The notes below the pieces were generated by a model that saw only the letters and a list, made by a program, of their open reading frames with translations, did no database searches and was not told the DNA's origin. The position numbers and the translations under genes were made by a program. From a candidate division WOR-3 bacterium (GTDB lineage Bacteria; Hydrothermota; Tepidihabitantia; B3-TA06), in the NCBI GenBank assembly GCA_965649265.1, contig CBFGKC010000008.1:67010-117452 (forward strand): 50,443 bases of DNA. Direction: 5' to 3'. Within the stretch, counting starts at the first letter, position 1, and each line of letters starts with the position of its first letter. Of this stretch, positions 46,797 to 50,443 are shown piece after piece.

Positions 46797-47663
46797 TTAA
46801 GGTCTGTTTTGTCTAATCGGCAAACCCAATTTGCGAACAGTTTCAACTGGAATCTCCAGGGTGAGATATTTCTGTAGTTCCCTTTTTGCAAGCTCAACAT
46901 GAGTTCTTACAGTTGACTCTTTTATACCTAAATCGGAGGCTATAGTTGAGTACAGCTCACCGTTTACTTCATGTGCTATAAAACAGATCCTTCTTTTTAA
47001 AGGAAGTAGATTGATAGATTTTTCAATTATGTGTTTTAAAAGAGTTCTATCCTGAGTCCTCTTTCCCGGTTCTTCTTGGATTCTGTCTTGAAGGATGGTT
47101 TTTCCTGAGTCGATTTTACTGCGCCATTCCTTTATCAGGAGACGAATCGCGATTTTGTCCAAGTATCCTCTTTCGCCACAGAGCTGAAAATTCTTCTTCA
47201 TATAGGCATACTTCCAGTAATTCTCTATAGTTTTGATGGCAATGTCTTGAGCTTCAAGTTGATTCACATACCACCCTCTTGTAAAGGCATACCCTTTTAT
47301 TCTTTGGATCAAATATCTCTTATGCATTGAGTAAAGGGTATTGATGTACTGATTTTCAAAATTAGGTTTAAACTGAGGGAAAAAAGAGAGAGTAGTATTC
47401 AATTCAAGGTAACTCTCTAAATCGTTCGCGTGGGGAGGTGAAGGAATAAAAATATTAAAGGGAGTATGAACTTCCTCCTGGAGTACTTTCGCAAGAGAAG
47501 ATAAACTGGATTCAGGAATTTCTAGAAATGAAATATGAAGTATTTGTGGCGCGTATTTGGGTTGATATTGTTTTACATGGTTTTTAAAAAAATGATCACA
47601 ATCTTCCTGTGATTTCTTCTTCTTTGCCTTGTCGTAACTGGTTCGGCTCTTTTTTTTGCGCAT
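46797..47663 (-). CDS. Protein with a C-terminal sigma-70 region-4 (ECF-like) domain
   Basis: INLLPLKRRICFIAHEVNGELYSTIASDLGIKESTVRTHVELAKRELQK; weak region-2-like EAQDIA...YLDKIAIR; AGAGGA RBS. Confidence 0.7.
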   Translation of the reverse strand: MRKKKSRTSYDKAKKKKSQEDCDHFFKNHVKQYQPKYAPQILHISFLEIPESSLSSLAKVLQEEVHTPFNIFIPSPPHANDLESYLELNTTLSFFPQFKPNFENQYINTLYSMHKRYLIQRIKGYAFTRGWYVNQLEAQDIAIKTIENYWKYAYMKKNFQLCGERGYLDKIAIRLLIKEWRSKIDSGKTILQDRIQEEPGKRTQDRTLLKHIIEKSINLLPLKRRICFIAHEVNGELYSTIASDLGIKESTVRTHVELAKRELQKYLTLEIPVETVRKLGLPIRQNRP

Positions 47664-47763
47664 AAATCCTCTTTCATGTCATTGAGGGTTGCTATTGCAC
47701 TATTAATTCAAATCTAAATGTAACCAAGGATGCGAAGGGAGGCACACGACGGTATTCGGTTTC

Positions 47764-48117
47764 TTATTTCGCATTCCTCTTAATATCATCAGCTAATTCA
47801 CTTATGATTCGAGCCTGGAGTTTGGGGTTATTTTCTATCAATAGCTTTAATTCCTCAAAAAGCATTTCAGGAGAAGGCTTCTTTCCTCTGGTCAATGTGA
47901 ACTCAAATAGATCGGCAAAACAGATCCCCAGGGCTTTTACGATGCGGTTGAGTGTCGCAACACCAACGTTCCTTTGTCCTGATTCAATCTCACTTATATG
48001 CTTAAGAGCTACTTCTGATTCCTGAGACAGTTTTTCTTGAGACCATCCACGTATCTTTCTTCTCTTCCGTATCTCTGCCCCAAGTTTCTTCAAGATAATA
48101 GATTCAGTGTTTGACAT
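47764..48117 (-). CDS. XRE-family HTH transcriptional regulator
   Basis: LGAEIRKRRKIRGWSQEKLS...HISEIESGQRNVGVATLNRIVKALGI. Confidence 0.9.
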   Translation of the reverse strand: MSNTESIILKKLGAEIRKRRKIRGWSQEKLSQESEVALKHISEIESGQRNVGVATLNRIVKALGICFADLFEFTLTRGKKPSPEMLFEELKLLIENNPKLQARIISELADDIKRNAK

Positions 48118-48218
48118 AATTAAGAATAACGAAGGAGGAAGTATTCTCTATAGCTAATATGCCGCAATCTGCTTGACATTTATGGTGTATGTGCTAAAAT
48201 AGTTAAAAAGGAGGAATC

Positions 48219-48419
48219 TTGAGAACACCACCTCCAGGAGCGCTAGAACGAGCGGAAGAGCTTGAAGAAAAGCTCATCAAATGGTGTGAAGCTGGAAAAA
48301 CATATATACGAATGGCTGAAACCATTTTGTGTTCGATAGGTAATCGCGAGCAGATAAACGCTTTTATGGAAAGGCTCGAAGAATGGGAAAAAGAGTACTT
48401 TCCAGAGGAGGCAAAATGA
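48219..48419 (+). CDS. Small hypothetical protein divergent from the XRE regulator
   Basis: TTGACA-16-TAAAAT promoter (48173-48200), AGGAGG RBS, TTG start, ATGA overlap with the next gene. Confidence 0.55.
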   Translation: MRTPPPGALERAEELEEKLIKWCEAGKTYIRMAETILCSIGNREQINAFMERLEEWEKEYFPEEAK

Positions 48420-49042
48420 GACGTTTGACTCTTTTATCCCTAGTAGCCAGCTTTGCTTTTGCTGGCCAGGTTTTGGTTGAAGACTACACCGAGGGCACAA
48501 AACCCATGCCCTTTACACAGGATTCAGTTCTTGCCCAGGTTGTCTTCACGCTAGATACCAATGCAATGGTTTTAGTGACAACCGGTGGAATCAGTAAAAA
48601 CCCATGTGCTAGTTGGCTCAGACAGAACTCAGATTCAATCAGCATTTCAACGCTTCAGTTTATGGCCGGTCAATATTGGAGTCATGCTCGTTCACAGGTC
48701 TTGAATCTCAACAAGGGTTCATACACCATTGGGTTTCATATGCGAAACACGGATGCAGAAAACTATATGCAGAATGCCATTCTCCAAGTCCTCATCTTCT
48801 TACCGGATAAGCAGGAAGCAGTTATGGAAACTCCTACCAATCCTGGAGAAGTTCCCAAGAGCATCATCAGCACTGGAAGCCCTGTAACGATTGATGGTGT
48901 CATTGCTATATTCGATGCAACAGGTCGTAAGGTTGAGAACTGTATCTCGATAGACAGACTTGATGTTTCAAGCTTAAATGCTGGTCAATATTTTGCCACA
49001 TCTGAAGGTGGGCATACAACGAGAGTGACTGTGATAAAGTAA
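48416..49042 (+). CDS. Secreted protein with a T9SS type-A-like C-terminal domain
   Basis: Signal peptide MRRLTLLSLVASFAFA; C-terminal IFDATGRKV...LDVSSLNAGQYF...RVTVIK; GAGGAGG RBS. Confidence 0.7.
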   Translation: MRRLTLLSLVASFAFAGQVLVEDYTEGTKPMPFTQDSVLAQVVFTLDTNAMVLVTTGGISKNPCASWLRQNSDSISISTLQFMAGQYWSHARSQVLNLNKGSYTIGFHMRNTDAENYMQNAILQVLIFLPDKQEAVMETPTNPGEVPKSIISTGSPVTIDGVIAIFDATGRKVENCISIDRLDVSSLNAGQYFATSEGGHTTRVTVIK

Positions 49043-49055
49043 TATTGGAGGAAGC

Positions 49056-49568
49056 ATGAGTGATGAAGAAAAGATTCCTGATGAGGTTCTTGCTAACCAA
49101 GAGATAGATAGGGTTTTCGATGGATACATTGTAGATGCTGTAAGGATTATTATTCGCAATCCCAAGAAAGCAACGGTATCGGCGCTTCAACACGACTTGG
49201 ACATAGGATGGGCAAGAGCAGGACGCATCATAGACCAGCTTGAACTCATTGGAGTAGTTGCCGCGTACAATGGAAGTAAACCACGCGAAGTCCTGATACT
49301 CGACATCGATGCTGTAATATACAAGTTGAAGGAACTATCTTATCTTCTTCAAAAGAGACGAGAAGAGGAGGAACGACAACCCAAACCGGAAAGGCAACAG
49401 CAAGAGATAGAGCCATACGAGTACGATAGAAGTTCAAGAGTCAATGAAGTGGTTGCAGGTGGAATATCCTTTGCCATTGGAGCTAAACTCGGCTACGAAG
49501 CCGGAAGAGGATTAGTGCGAGCAATCTTCGGAGTCAAGAAAGACGACGATGAGAAGAAGAAGAGATGA
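49056..49568 (+). CDS. Stand-alone FtsK gamma (winged-helix) domain protein
   Basis: DAVRII...KATVSALQHDLDIGWARAGRIIDQLELIGVV..YNGSKPREVL matches the FtsK-gamma consensus; no motor domain; GGAGG RBS. Confidence 0.82.
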   Translation: MSDEEKIPDEVLANQEIDRVFDGYIVDAVRIIIRNPKKATVSALQHDLDIGWARAGRIIDQLELIGVVAAYNGSKPREVLILDIDAVIYKLKELSYLLQKRREEEERQPKPERQQQEIEPYEYDRSSRVNEVVAGGISFAIGAKLGYEAGRGLVRAIFGVKKDDDEKKKR

Positions 49569-50443
49569 GTACGGAACTGATTAACAAGCAGTATGGTTTT
49601 AAGGTAATATAGCTAAAGAATCTTCTTCACAATGATATATTCGTTGAGGGTCTAATATGCATAAGTATCCAACTAAAGTAGAACTAAATTGTTATATGTC
49701 GCGTGTTATAAAGACTTAACAACAAAAACCTTGTGATCATTGTGTAGTTCTGAAATTTTACGTAAAAATTGAAAGTGTTCAACGAGCAAAAAGGTGTTTT
49801 TGTTATGTAAGTTATTGTTTATGTTTATTATATACGATTTCAAGTTTTTTTTCGTTGGACACTTTTCAAAAAATACCCTTCAACGGCTATACCAATCTCC
49901 GATACAGGTTTCTTGTGCAAGTTATAAAGCTCGTAATGGTACTATGGAATTTCAATAGAACTCTTTGTCAAAACTAACCCCTAAAAGCTCCGTCAGGATG
50001 CCCCTAGAACCGCTCAGGATTGGCTCTGACGAGTTTTGTGTACAGGATTAAGTAAAAACTATGCTCAAATTTCGATATTTCTGTGTATCTGACCGTATTA
50101 CTTAAAGTTAGATCTGTAATCTGGATTTGTCTCGTTCTACGTGGTCTTTTTTTGATGCCGAAATTAAGCGATATTGAATTATTTTAACATTTGTTAAAAA
50201 GCTAGGTTTTTGATTGCAACACTTTTTTACCATTTTACGTCTAATTATTATAACAGGATAAATAGATTAAAGCTTTGGCACGAAGATGCCCTAGTTATAC
50301 TAACCGGAAGGAAAGAAAAATTAGTCAAATTTTGCTATAAAAATAATTCCCATAATAATTGCATATACACAAGAAGCTTGTAAGCCACTGAAAACAACGA
50401 CTTGCAGATGTCTATTGGAGATAGTAAGGATTATCGTGGGAGA

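Larger units (their letters stand above)
44034..50443. mobile_element. AT-rich integrative element or genomic island adjacent to tRNA-Cys (right end beyond the window)
   Basis: Tyrosine integrase abutting a tRNA, visibly AT-richer composition, XRE regulator and orphan genes. Confidence 0.7.

Noticed and set aside
49569-50443. Gene, ncRNA or att site in the AT-rich terminal region
   Set aside because: No ORF of 60 aa or more, no tRNA-Cys fragment and no convincing repeat or structure seen; the window ends before the island boundary.

Overview
Bacterial chromosomal window in three parts. (1) About 1-21.4 kb is mostly housekeeping: uvrA; a ybbR/cdaR-like-tsaD-recJ-like operon; a minus-strand run of MazG-like gene, four uncharacterised membrane genes, phosphomannomutase and efp; a large secreted beta-propeller/Ig-repeat protein; ppdK; a duplicated DnaA-box/11-mer array; and a DUF2254-like membrane gene. 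(2) About 21.5-43.9 kb is the main discovery candidate: a six-fold expanded module in which each of six LuxE-family acyl-protein synthetases (two followed by a LuxC-family acyl reductase) is transcribed back-to-back with a small STAS/SEC14 (SpoIIAA-like) gene (10 in total), often followed by an RsbR-like stressosome-type STAS gene (5 in total). There is no luxAB or luxD. The modules share divergent promoters and a conserved structured luxE leader, the LuxE copies vary most in putative substrate-pocket segments, and REP-like palindromes fill the spacers. The working hypothesis is a diversified acyl/aldehyde signal-synthase plus lipid-binding receptor plus stressosome system. (3) From about 44 kb, tRNA-Cys abuts an AT-rich integrative element carrying an Xis-like-HTH/tyrosine integrase fusion, a sigma-70 region-4 protein, an XRE regulator, a secreted protein and a stand-alone FtsK-gamma protein. 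T9SS/FlgD-like C-terminal domains hint at an FCB-related candidate phylum such as WOR-3 (inference only). All family calls come from motif recognition, not database searches.
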